DNA of 64,000 bases from the IMG/VR virus record IMGVR_UViG_3300033562_002694. One strand, 5' to 3'. The notes beneath the pieces were generated by a model that made no database searches, was not told where the DNA came from, and saw only the letters and a program-made list of their open reading frames with translations. The position numbers and the translations under genes were made by a program. Of the stretch, positions 27,103-36,459 are shown piece after piece (position 1 is the first letter of the stretch; every line of letters starts with the position of its first letter). The DNA comes from a virus.

Positions 27103-27437
27103 TAATTCGATATATTGAAAAAGGAAATGAATGGCGATTTAGTGGCGGAAATGTAATGGATTTTGCTGGTAATTTCCAACACAAATTACATAATTCACTT
27201 TATGTTTTATTTGAGCTTGATGAATTTGATAAGAATTTTGTTGAAAATGTTAAGCTCAAACCAAACGAAAAAATCTTTCGTTTTGAAACTGAACGTGCAA
27301 AAACAGCAAGAATGAAACCATTGATTAAAATAAATCTTGTTAAGGGATTAGTTTATTTTTTGGAAGAAAAAGCTGAAACTCCGATTTTTGAAACTGTTGG
27401 ATTAAAAGTTAATTTTTTAAATCTGGTTCAAAAATAA
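27099..27437 (+). CDS. Hypothetical protein
   Basis: 112-aa ORF overlapping the upstream stop (ATGA). Confidence 0.7.
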   Translation: MIIRYIEKGNEWRFSGGNVMDFAGNFQHKLHNSLYVLFELDEFDKNFVENVKLKPNEKIFRFETERAKTARMKPLIKINLVKGLVYFLEEKAETPIFETVGLKVNFLNLVQK

Positions 27438-27443
27438 ATTGTT

Positions 27444-27644
27444 ATGGAAGATAAATTTGAATTTGATTTCATGGAAATAGTGAATATTGAATTTTGTGTT
27501 AAAACTACAATAAATACATATAACAAACAAATTGAAAAAGATCCAATACAATATGTTGGATTAATATCAGTTGTTGAAAATTTAACCAAAATTTCAAACA
27601 AATGTGAAAAATATATTGTTGATTTTTTAAAACTAAAACCTTAA
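27444..27644 (+). CDS. Hypothetical protein
   Basis: 66-aa ORF. Confidence 0.55.
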   Translation: MEDKFEFDFMEIVNIEFCVKTTINTYNKQIEKDPIQYVGLISVVENLTKISNKCEKYIVDFLKLKP

Positions 27645-27648
27645 AACT

Positions 27649-27852
27649 ATGGCTGTATCGTTAAGATGTCCGAATTGTCAAGACAATCTCGGAAAAGATG
27701 TTGAAAACACTGTTGATGCTTATTGCGGAAATTGTGGAACAGAATTTTATAATGAACGTGGTTATACTGATACTCCGGAACATTACGAACAATGTAAGAA
27801 AAAATTTCCTGGTAAAAGAATAAATAAACCACTTGTTCCATATGTGGATTAA
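27649..27852 (+). CDS. Small Zn-ribbon protein
   Basis: CPNC...CGNC. Confidence 0.65.
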   Translation: MAVSLRCPNCQDNLGKDVENTVDAYCGNCGTEFYNERGYTDTPEHYEQCKKKFPGKRINKPLVPYVD

Positions 27853-27870
27853 ATTTTCATAAAAAAGAGA

Positions 27871-27912
27871 AAAAAAATAGCACTCGAAATTAATTTCGAG
27901 TGCTATTTTTTT
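27871..27912. terminator. Bidirectional terminator at the convergent strand switch
   Basis: aaaaaaatagcactcgaaat-ta-atttcgagtgctatttttt; + genes end on the left, - genes end on the right. Confidence 0.85.
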
Positions 27913-27935
27913 GCTCAAAAATTTTTGAATATTAA

Positions 27936-28229
27936 TCAATCATCCTCAGTTAATAATAATTCCAATTCAATTTGTAATGGCTTTATTGATTCATATAACA
28001 GAGATTCTGAAATATCAACTCCAAGTATATTTTGATAATTCTCAAATACGACTTGAAATATATCTCCACGAGATTCAATATCGGGACATGTAACTTTTGA
28101 ACATGAACGAATCATTCGAACATATTCTTTATATTCTTTGATTTCTTCTGAAGGATTATCAGTCTCTCACAGAGACAGAATTTGATCAGTGATTTCAATG
28201 ATTTCTTTTTTCTTGTTTGGTTCAAACAT
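27936..28229 (-). pseudogene. 97-codon ORF interrupted by an in-frame TGA
   Basis: MFEPNKKKEIIEITDQILSL*ETDNPSEEIKEYKEYVRMIRSCSKVTCPDIESRGDIFQVVFENY...; TGA at 28167-28169. Confidence 0.55.
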
Positions 28230-28240
28230 GATAAGATTTT

Positions 28241-28498
28241 TTAAATTTTAAAACTTGTGATTGTTTGTTTTGGAATGAAATTTTTTTCGGAACAAAGTTT
28301 AAATGTTTTTTCTTCGTATATATTGGAAAAGTAATAAATTCTATAACTTTCCCAACCAAGAGCATCAAGTCTTTTTCGTGCACCCCTAATAGTTTTAAGA
28401 TCATGAAAAATTCTTTGTTTTTCAGTTCCACAAGGAGCTTGACTTAACTCCATTGTTCCTTGATGACAGTATAAATTCAAATAAGGTTTAGGTGACAT
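28241..28498 (-). CDS. Hypothetical protein
   Basis: 85-aa ORF. Confidence 0.6.
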   Translation of the reverse strand: MSPKPYLNLYCHQGTMELSQAPCGTEKQRIFHDLKTIRGARKRLDALGWESYRIYYFSNIYEEKTFKLCSEKNFIPKQTITSFKI

Positions 28499-28500
28499 AA

Positions 28501-28695
28501 CTACAAAAGTTTAATGTTTTCACTTTCAAACAAAATCATTATTTGATTCCAAACTTCTAAATAATCTTGTCCATCAGGAACCATAATTGTGCTCGGGGTT
28601 AACCAAGTATAATCATCAATGTCAATTTCTTCATTCAAAAGCATTAATTTGGTAGCTTTTGGAATGTCGATCGGATCAATTTTAATTAGTGGCAT
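28501..28695 (-). CDS. Hypothetical protein
   Basis: 64-aa ORF. Confidence 0.55.
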   Translation of the reverse strand: MPLIKIDPIDIPKATKLMLLNEEIDIDDYTWLTPSTIMVPDGQDYLEVWNQIMILFESENIKLL

Positions 28696-28990
28696 TTTCT
28701 GAAATTTTAGGGTGAATTAATTTTTTATCCAAATGTGATAATATTTTTGCTGAAAGTCTTTGAAATTCTTTTGGCCCAGTATAATTTTCACTCACATCAC
28801 GTACCATCCATTTTTCTGGATAATAATTATAATTAACTGGTTCAAAAGAAATAATAATTCTTTTTGTTTGAGAATCAACAATATCAAAACCTTTTCGTTT
28901 ACAATAAATTCCTTGTGCTTTGTATCGAATTGGAACAATATCAACATTATATTGGTTCGAAAAATTAATCAAACATTTAGGAATTTTCAT
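28682..28990 (-). CDS. Hypothetical protein
   Basis: 102-aa ORF. Confidence 0.6.
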   Translation of the reverse strand: MKIPKCLINFSNQYNVDIVPIRYKAQGIYCKRKGFDIVDSQTKRIIISFEPVNYNYYPEKWMVRDVSENYTGPKEFQRLSAKILSHLDKKLIHPKISENATN

Positions 28991-29120
28991 ACTTAATACG
29001 TTTTAGGTTTGATTTTCAAATCTGAATCAAAAATTATACGATATAAATATCGTATAATATAAAGAATCAAAAAAATCTTAATTGCTTTGATAAGTAAATT
29101 TTTCATAATCGAAAAATTAA

Positions 29121-29417
29121 TTATTGGTAATATTGATGCAAAAGCGTATTATCTCCGAAACGTTTTTCCGAATAAATAACGAAATTTTCATCTGAAAATT
29201 TTTCAAAGAATTTTTTTGCTTTTTTATTTGAAAACAATGGTTTAACAGCAAAAATATTAAATTCTTTGTAATGTTTCCGATATGAATTTTTTATTTTACC
29301 TTTACATCGAATAGTTTCAATTGGTCTATATGTGGTATAAGACCAACCGCCTTCTTCTGGTCCACCATATTTACGACCTTTTTTATAAGCTGTGAAATTA
29401 AATAGTTTTGGTTTCAT
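29121..29417 (-). CDS. Hypothetical phage protein (YGGPEEGGW motif)
   Basis: Distinctive KYGGPEEGGWSY motif. Confidence 0.65.
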   Translation of the reverse strand: MKPKLFNFTAYKKGRKYGGPEEGGWSYTTYRPIETIRCKGKIKNSYRKHYKEFNIFAVKPLFSNKKAKKFFEKFSDENFVIYSEKRFGDNTLLHQYYQ

Positions 29418-29650
29418 ACTGTCCGAATATGTTTTGGTTGCATTGGTGGAATGACATAATTTTCCATAATATCATTACCAATAATTTTGAGAATAAATTC
29501 TAAACGATTCAATGATTCAGGAGTGTAAAAATATCTTGCAAAATCAGCAATGAAACTTTTACTAAAACCGTATCTTTTTGGTAATGATTCCAAATAAGAT
29601 TTACGATTTTTAAATCCTTTGTTCAAATAAGGTTGATCTGGGTCTTTCAT
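29414..29650 (-). CDS. Hypothetical protein
   Basis: 78-aa ORF. Confidence 0.55.
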   Translation of the reverse strand: MKDPDQPYLNKGFKNRKSYLESLPKRYGFSKSFIADFARYFYTPESLNRLEFILKIIGNDIMENYVIPPMQPKHIRTV

Positions 29651-29796
29651 GATTTTGTGCTTTATGTTTAAATTGATTAATTTACAGATTCCATTTGTCA
29701 GTGTTTTTGTTCAAAAACCAAAAATAAAGAAACAAAACTAATCCACAAAAAAAGATTATTTTACCAATCAATTCAGCATTGTTTAAAGTCTCCATA

Positions 29797-30450
29797 TTAA
29801 ATTATTTTTATTTCAACGTTTTTGTGTAGAATATTTTTTTCGAAAAGAGTAGGAATTGCTTCTTGAAGGATTTTTTTATCTAACCCATAAGTATCAGACT
29901 TTCCAAATAAAAACAAAGTGTCTTTAAGTTCGGAATTAACACCAGTAAGATATCGAAATTCCATTTCTTTTGAAGGATTGATAATTTCTCGAGCATTTCC
30001 AATAACAAAATTATAAAATCCACCAGCAATACAATCACATGAAATTTGAGAATTTAATTTTTTAAATTCAGATTCTAATTTCGAATGTGATGTTGCTGAA
30101 TTTCCAAATGCCCAATGAAATTTATTATTATTAAATTCTCTCAAAATAATAAATCTTAAACTATTGATTGGTTCTTTTGAACAAACACTTGGAAGTGAAT
30201 CAATTTGCTTTTGAATTTTTATTTTGTGATAATATGATTTCAATAATAAGGTTTTTTCAACATTTTTCATGTGTAATTCCAAACGAAACCAACGATTAAA
30301 TACTTTACAAGGATAAAAAGTATCATCTGTAAAATAAATAGTAGTTTTGGTTATATTTCGAACATGAACTTCAACATCATCAATAATAAATTTATCATCT
30401 TGTGATGCTTTATTTTTTGATTTGTTTTTGATAATTTTGAATTTAATCAT
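29797..30450 (-). CDS. Hypothetical protein
   Basis: 217-aa ORF. Confidence 0.65.
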   Translation of the reverse strand: MIKFKIIKNKSKNKASQDDKFIIDDVEVHVRNITKTTIYFTDDTFYPCKVFNRWFRLELHMKNVEKTLLLKSYYHKIKIQKQIDSLPSVCSKEPINSLRFIILREFNNNKFHWAFGNSATSHSKLESEFKKLNSQISCDCIAGGFYNFVIGNAREIINPSKEMEFRYLTGVNSELKDTLFLFGKSDTYGLDKKILQEAIPTLFEKNILHKNVEIKII

Positions 30451-30651
30451 GTGATGGAAAATTTATTGATTTTAATAATTCTGTTTTTATTTTTGTTTTT
30501 TCTGATTTACTAAAATAACTTTTTTCAAGATAAGTCAAAAAATTAGTAATTCGTGAATTAAGTGTGTTTGCTTTTCTTAATCTTTTGTGAAATGATATTT
30601 TTCATTTCAGCATACGAACATTCGTCATAACCAAAAGGTACTTGCATATTT

Positions 30652-31104
30652 TTAGAATTGAGGTAATAATTCAACATTTAAGAGAAGATTACTTTCGTAA
30701 ACTTCTTTTGAATCAGTAAAATTCAAAACAATTAAATCACCTATTTTTATTAAAGGAATTACTTTTGTACAATCTTCAATATACGGATAAATTACTTTTT
30801 TTCCAATGATTTGTTTTTCATGGCCGATTATTTCACCAACTTCTTCATGAAAGAAATTTCCAGGATTTTTATCAATTCTTTCATATTTTTCAACTCCTGT
30901 ACATTTTTTAATCACACATTGTTCCGTGAAAAAATGGATCAATTTACCATTATTAGTTTTTCCTTCACAATAAAGATAAACTCCTTCAAAATTTATATGA
31001 GTTCTTTCAAATTTTTTTTCAATAAATGGTGGAATATTTGCCATGTTTGGACGAATTTCTAATTTTTCAATTAAAATTCGAATTATTTTTTTCTTTTCAT
31101 TCAT
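30652..31104 (-). CDS. Hypothetical protein
   Basis: 150-aa ORF after a promoter motif. Confidence 0.7.
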   Translation of the reverse strand: MNEKKKIIRILIEKLEIRPNMANIPPFIEKKFERTHINFEGVYLYCEGKTNNGKLIHFFTEQCVIKKCTGVEKYERIDKNPGNFFHEEVGEIIGHEKQIIGKKVIYPYIEDCTKVIPLIKIGDLIVLNFTDSKEVYESNLLLNVELLPQF

Positions 31105-31168
31105 AAAAATAAATTCTTTAAATGTTCTGATTCAAATAAATTAGGATATTTTTTACATTTCTATATTA

Positions 31169-31196
31169 TATATCCACATTTTTTTTACAATATAGG
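31169..31196 (-). promoter_or_regulatory. Phage bipartite promoter-like motif (leftward)
   Basis: CCTATA-N15-GGATATA on the minus strand. Confidence 0.7.
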
Positions 31197-31225
31197 CTTT
31201 CAAATTAAAAATTTATCTAAATGAA

Positions 31226-31256
31226 AAATCCCCTAACAATTAAGTTAAGGGGATTT
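31226..31256 (-). terminator. Terminator hairpin
   Basis: aaatcccctaac...gttaaggggattt. Confidence 0.6.
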
Positions 31257-31283
31257 AACGACACAGGGGGAAATCAAATAAAA

Positions 31284-31784
31284 TTAAATTATAAATACCT
31301 TGTAATTTCTCAAAAGACCATCAATGAAATGTAATTTTATTTTATTTTCTTTAGTTATTATTGTTGGATAAACAATAGTACCTAAATCATCTTTTATTTG
31401 AATAATCAAATTATCTGTAATCCATAATGGATCAGTAACATTTGATATTTCAACAATAAAATTATCCAATCTTTCAATTTTATATGTAACTCCATTAATT
31501 GGCGGATAATTAATTATTTCTCCGACATTCATTATTTTTGAAATTACAATTGAAATTTTATTGACTTGAAGATTATTTATTATCAATGTACCCAAATCAT
31601 TTTTAACAAGATTATTAAGTCTTAAAAGATAAGCTTTTAATTTACTTAAATAAACTGGAAGAATAAGAAAATTTCGAACCAAAAGGAAAATATTGGTTTT
31701 TATTGAAGCTTTTCCATCAATATCTTCAAAAGTTAAATCATCCTGGAGAATAAAATCATCCAGTTCTTGATCAGTATATGGCAT
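31284..31784 (-). CDS. Hypothetical protein (possibly structural)
   Basis: 166-aa ORF. Confidence 0.65.
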   Translation of the reverse strand: MPYTDQELDDFILQDDLTFEDIDGKASIKTNIFLLVRNFLILPVYLSKLKAYLLRLNNLVKNDLGTLIINNLQVNKISIVISKIMNVGEIINYPPINGVTYKIERLDNFIVEISNVTDPLWITDNLIIQIKDDLGTIVYPTIITKENKIKLHFIDGLLRNYKVFII

Positions 31785-31790
31785 ATTTTC

Positions 31791-32129
31791 TTATCCTTTC
31801 TTGGATTTAAGTTCAAATTGTTTTGCCAAATTTTTTCTATCAGTTTCTGTTAAACTGTTATCTGAAACAGCAATGAATTTTTCAACAGATGAAATAAATT
31901 CTTCAACTGAATTTGAATTATCGAAATGCCATTTTAACCCAAATCGAGTATTTAATGGTACATTAATATTTGCCATAATAATTTCACAATCAAATACGAA
32001 TTGTTTGGATTTTGTTTTTAAAACAATTTCCAACAAATCATTATTAAATTCTTGTGTGATTACTTTGTCAGCTTGTTGTTCTGATTCGTTAAGATTAGAT
32101 GCAACAGGTTTGTTTATTTTTATATTCAT
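31791..32129 (-). CDS. Hypothetical protein (LNES motif)
   Basis: 112-aa ORF. Confidence 0.65.
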   Translation of the reverse strand: MNIKINKPVASNLNESEQQADKVITQEFNNDLLEIVLKTKSKQFVFDCEIIMANINVPLNTRFGLKWHFDNSNSVEEFISSVEKFIAVSDNSLTETDRKNLAKQFELKSKKG

Positions 32130-32140
32130 AATTTTAATTT

Positions 32141-34198
32141 TTAGTAATTTCTAAATGCTTGTGAAATTTCATCATCAAGAGGATTTTCATCAGTCGAATT
32201 ATAAATGTCACTAAGACGTTTTCCATCCGATAATAATTTATTCATTTCTTTTTGATTATCTGAATAAATTTCAGAAAGTTCCACTCTTTCTTTTGAAATT
32301 TCTGCTTCTTCCCGTTTGTTAGATAATGTCTTAATTGTTGCAGAATGTGCTTCACAATAATACATTAATCTTTGAAAACCAGCTTTAATTGTTGGATTTT
32401 CTTCCATAATCATTTTCAATTTTTTATCTAAACGTAGTTTTCGATCAGCAATTGCTGGTTGTGAAAATGGTTTTTTGAAAATACCGTTAGCTTTGTAATA
32501 ATCTGCTAATATGATACCAATTTCTGTTTGGGAATAAGTATTATCAGCAACTGATTTGTTTGCATCTAATGATTCGCGTTTAAATTCTAAACCATATAAC
32601 AAACGAAATAATTTATAATCGTATTTGTCAAATATTTTAAATTGAGTAGTTACAGTTTCACCTGTTGTTATATCAACTTTAGTTTCAAACATATTGAACA
32701 ATGCTTTCAAAGATTTCAAAAGATGTTCATATTCGTTTTTAACTTCAGCAAATGTTTCATCATTAATATCTGATTTATGTGAATTTGCCCACATATCTGA
32801 ATCTCCTCCTTCATCTCCTCCGGTCATTCTATCAAGAATATCTGATTCAGAAGAAACTCCAGGAATAGGTTGAAATTTATCTTCTAACCCATCAATTAAT
32901 GATTCAATAATTTCTGTTGGTAAATCTTTTAATTCAGGATTTAATCCTAAAAATTGTTCAAAACGTTTCTTTCTGTAAAAAACCATGTTTGCCATCGAAT
33001 TTTCACTAATAATACCAACAGAACCAAGTTCATATAAACCTTTTTTGATACTATTAACAACATATTGATTTGCAAAACCTGTAAAAGATACAGGTGAATC
33101 TTTGATTTTTTGAATTTTATACCATGCGTTAATAGCAATTGATAATCCCATCAAACCATAAGCAATTGCATCATCTATGTTGCGAAGCATATTTAACTTC
33201 CTGCATGAATTATAAGCAATTGCTTTCACATATTCAACATTTGCAGCGGCAAGCATTTCTTTTGGTTGTTTTTCATCAACAATTTCGAAATCAAAAATTT
33301 CATACATAACTGTTGTTATGTCTTCATTTCCTTTAAGTTTGCTTATTTCTGTAGATGCTTGAAATTTTACTTCATCAAGTTCTCTTTTTATTTTGTAAAT
33401 GTCTTCTTCTTCAACTTCTTCTTTCAAAGTTTTCAAAATATTACTTAAATTCATATTTTGAATTTCTTTAATCGAAATATGTGCTAAATCGGAAATATGA
33501 CCACACAAATTATCATATTCTTGTTGAAATGAAAATGTTGAATCAGTATCCAAAATATCATCAATGTCTAAAACATCTTCGATATTCAAAACATCATCAT
33601 AATCAAATTTATCAGCTATGTTGAGAATTTCTCTAAGTTCCTTAACTTTTGAAACTAAAGAATGCGGGTTTATTAATTGATATTGTTTTTCAAGATCTTT
33701 TCGTTTTGCTTTTAATTCTTTTAAAAGTTCGGAATTTCCAATTTTATTAATTCGTTCTTCTTTTTCTTTTTTCCAATCTTTTGTTTTGTAAAGTTTAACG
33801 AATTTACTACGAGTTGCAGTCAATTCCTGAATCATTATTCTTGTTTTTTCAGCTAAATCTTTTTTACCAATTGCCTTATAATTTTTAAATTCGGCAAATA
33901 AAAGATCAATTTGAATTGTTAATGTTTTATACTGAGGTGATTTTTTCAGATAACTTTCTAATTTCTTTTTTGCATTACTTGTTAATGCGTCAGAAGCAGT
34001 AGGTAAAGTCCAATTTTTCATACTATTTTCAGGAGAAACCGGAGAGGTATCTTTCATCTGATTTTGAATAGCAAAAAATCTTTTTCTGCTTTTATCTTTT
34101 TTTTGTTGGTTTGAATCTTTTGATGCAAACAAATCATCATTTTCTTCAGGAAAATTTGCTCCATCAAGATAGTCATCCAAATCAAGGATATTTGCCAT
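32141..34198 (-). CDS. Large sigma-70-like transcription factor
   Basis: Region 2-like ANVEYVKAIAY...IDDAIAYGLMGLSIAINAW...SFTGFANQYVVNSIKKGL; region 4-like YKLFRLLYGL...YSQTEIG...FSQPAIADRKLRLDKKLK; acidic N-terminus. Confidence 0.7.
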   Translation of the reverse strand: MANILDLDDYLDGANFPEENDDLFASKDSNQQKKDKSRKRFFAIQNQMKDTSPVSPENSMKNWTLPTASDALTSNAKKKLESYLKKSPQYKTLTIQIDLLFAEFKNYKAIGKKDLAEKTRIMIQELTATRSKFVKLYKTKDWKKEKEERINKIGNSELLKELKAKRKDLEKQYQLINPHSLVSKVKELREILNIADKFDYDDVLNIEDVLDIDDILDTDSTFSFQQEYDNLCGHISDLAHISIKEIQNMNLSNILKTLKEEVEEEDIYKIKRELDEVKFQASTEISKLKGNEDITTVMYEIFDFEIVDEKQPKEMLAAANVEYVKAIAYNSCRKLNMLRNIDDAIAYGLMGLSIAINAWYKIQKIKDSPVSFTGFANQYVVNSIKKGLYELGSVGIISENSMANMVFYRKKRFEQFLGLNPELKDLPTEIIESLIDGLEDKFQPIPGVSSESDILDRMTGGDEGGDSDMWANSHKSDINDETFAEVKNEYEHLLKSLKALFNMFETKVDITTGETVTTQFKIFDKYDYKLFRLLYGLEFKRESLDANKSVADNTYSQTEIGIILADYYKANGIFKKPFSQPAIADRKLRLDKKLKMIMEENPTIKAGFQRLMYYCEAHSATIKTLSNKREEAEISKERVELSEIYSDNQKEMNKLLSDGKRLSDIYNSTDENPLDDEISQAFRNY

Positions 34199-34337
34199 AG
34201 TTTTTTGAATTTAATATTATTATTGATTTTGTTTTTGTTCGAAGAAAAATTACTTAATTAATTTGTGCTATTTAATTAAATAATTTGATATTTATTAATA
34301 CATGTTAATCAAAAAATTTACTTCTTTAATTACATGT

Positions 34338-34365
34338 TATTTCCTTTTTTTTCTTAAAATATAGG
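34338..34365 (-). promoter_or_regulatory. Variant promoter-like motif upstream of the sigma-like gene
   Basis: CCTATA-N15-GGAAATA on the minus strand. Confidence 0.5.
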
Positions 34366-34393
34366 TTGAAATACATTAATATTTAAAGAAAAA

Positions 34394-35974
34394 TTATGTA
34401 CGTAATCTTGGTGAAGTATTTTTATTGATTGTGTCGGTATTTTTGCTTGTGGGATTTTCTTCGTTTCCTCCCTGATTGATATTTGCTGGTGGTTCTACCG
34501 TTGTTGTTGTCACAGATTTTACTCCTTCAGCTATAAAATCATATGATTGATCCAAAGCATTATCGATTTCTTTTGCACTATAACCGAAAAAACTTCTTGC
34601 TGTATTTGAAACATTTTTTGCGTTTGAAGCAACATTGACTGTTTTTGGAGCATAATAAATACGATGTTTCCCCATATTAAACATCATTTCAACCCCTTCT
34701 CTGCCACGATTTTGTCCTGGTTTCAATTTTACTTTTACTTGCATAAGTGTTGGAAAATCACCATAACTTAAAGAATCCGTAGGGAAACTAAAATCAACAC
34801 CCATACAGATTAAATTTCCTAAAGTCATTGTTGGATTTAACGGATTACCAATAGTTAAATGCCAAAATCCTGTAGGTTCTCCACTTAAAAGACTATTCAT
34901 TGTCAAAATTCCTGGTCTTCCAACTTTGTCCAAAATTTTACCCAAAGCCATTGCAAATCCACCTGTCATTGCTGTTTTTAATGCATCAATTGCAGAACCT
35001 TTTTTCGCAAAAGTATTGATAAAACCTTTCAAACTATTAATACCCCCATCTAAAATTTTATCCATATCATCACTATTCAGATATTGATATTGTTTATAAA
35101 ATTTTGAAGGTCTTTCACCTATCCAATATCGAGCTCCTGGCCAAAATTTAGCATTATTGAAAGTAGTTGCCAAAATATTACCAATAAGGTCTTTCATTGC
35201 ATATTCGGGACTTCTACCATTTATGCTTCTCAATTCATAATCAAATGTTATTTCAAATTCTTTTGTAAATTCTAATCCAACATCACGAATATTTGTGTTT
35301 GTTATTGAATCAACAGGACCATAAACCTTATTTTGATCAGCTTTTGGGTCCAACATATTAGCATTATCACCTCGTAAAGTATTTTTATACAATTCAGGAT
35401 CGAAAAAACTACCAGCTTTTTTCATGAAACCAGACAATCCTGACTGTTCTCCTTGCATTGTTGCCTGTTCCATTTCAGCAGTTAATTCTTTCCATTTCAT
35501 TCCATAACTAAAGGAAAGTAATTCTTCAAGTTTATTTACTTCTTGTGAAGTATATGTGACCATTCTTGCGATATCAGGTTCTCCTTGAGCTTCTTTATCC
35601 CAAATATTATCTGTACAAGGAAATGGATATCTTCGTAATGTTATCAATCGATTGATTGGAAATCCAAGATTTTTACAATATAAAAAATCATCGGCATCAT
35701 ATTCCATGGCCAATGTGTCTAATTTGCAAAGATCTGAAAATGTTCTTACTTGAAATAATTCTTTTTTTGAAGGAATATCACTTTCCAAATAAGGAAAATC
35801 ATTAGCAAGTTTAATTAAATGTAACTTGTTAATGACTGAAGTTGTTATTTGACCTGAAGTAAGTTTTTCTTTTAAACCAGGTAAATCAGTTCCTTTTGGT
35901 ACGGCAATATTTGTTGCTTTCTCATAATTTCCTGGAATTACTTCATCATCAATATATTTGGTTGGAGTTGCCAT
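34394..35974 (-). CDS. Putative tail/baseplate structural protein
   Basis: WHLTIGNPLNP..GNLI..F.FP..GDFPT.MQVKVKLKPG pattern reminiscent of tube-fold proteins; position near the structural module. Confidence 0.45.
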   Translation of the reverse strand: MATPTKYIDDEVIPGNYEKATNIAVPKGTDLPGLKEKLTSGQITTSVINKLHLIKLANDFPYLESDIPSKKELFQVRTFSDLCKLDTLAMEYDADDFLYCKNLGFPINRLITLRRYPFPCTDNIWDKEAQGEPDIARMVTYTSQEVNKLEELLSFSYGMKWKELTAEMEQATMQGEQSGLSGFMKKAGSFFDPELYKNTLRGDNANMLDPKADQNKVYGPVDSITNTNIRDVGLEFTKEFEITFDYELRSINGRSPEYAMKDLIGNILATTFNNAKFWPGARYWIGERPSKFYKQYQYLNSDDMDKILDGGINSLKGFINTFAKKGSAIDALKTAMTGGFAMALGKILDKVGRPGILTMNSLLSGEPTGFWHLTIGNPLNPTMTLGNLICMGVDFSFPTDSLSYGDFPTLMQVKVKLKPGQNRGREGVEMMFNMGKHRIYYAPKTVNVASNAKNVSNTARSFFGYSAKEIDNALDQSYDFIAEGVKSVTTTTVEPPANINQGGNEENPTSKNTDTINKNTSPRLRT

Positions 35975-35983
35975 GTTTTATTT

Positions 35984-36457
35984 TTAAATTTCTTCAATTT
36001 CTTTCAATTGTTTCAAAATATCTTTTTTAATTTCTGCAACATAATCAATTCGTAAATCAACAGCTTTTTCGTAAGTATTTCTTACAAAAATTCCAGGAAG
36101 CCTTACAATATATTTTGATAAATCAATTCTTGGATTAACTTGAACATATCTTTTACTATATATAACATTATTTTCGATAGGGTAAAGAGTAAATGGATTT
36201 CCATAAACAAAATCTTTCAATATTTTGGGAGATTCCTGTATTTCCAATATTTTAATACCATATATTTTATTCATTCCATCAGCGAATTTATCTTCAACAA
36301 TTAATCCTTTTGTAATTAAAGGCCGATGATAACAAAGCGCATTTGTTAATAAAAAATAACAAATTTCCCCTTCATTCATTATTGGATTTTCTTGTGAATA
36401 TAAATTAATAAATTCAACCGTATTATGAATGGCTTCTACTACTCCAAAGTTTTCCAT
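35984..36457 (-). CDS. Hypothetical protein
   Basis: 157-aa ORF. Confidence 0.7.
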   Translation of the reverse strand: MENFGVVEAIHNTVEFINLYSQENPIMNEGEICYFLLTNALCYHRPLITKGLIVEDKFADGMNKIYGIKILEIQESPKILKDFVYGNPFTLYPIENNVIYSKRYVQVNPRIDLSKYIVRLPGIFVRNTYEKAVDLRIDYVAEIKKDILKQLKEIEEI

Positions 36458-36459
36458 GA

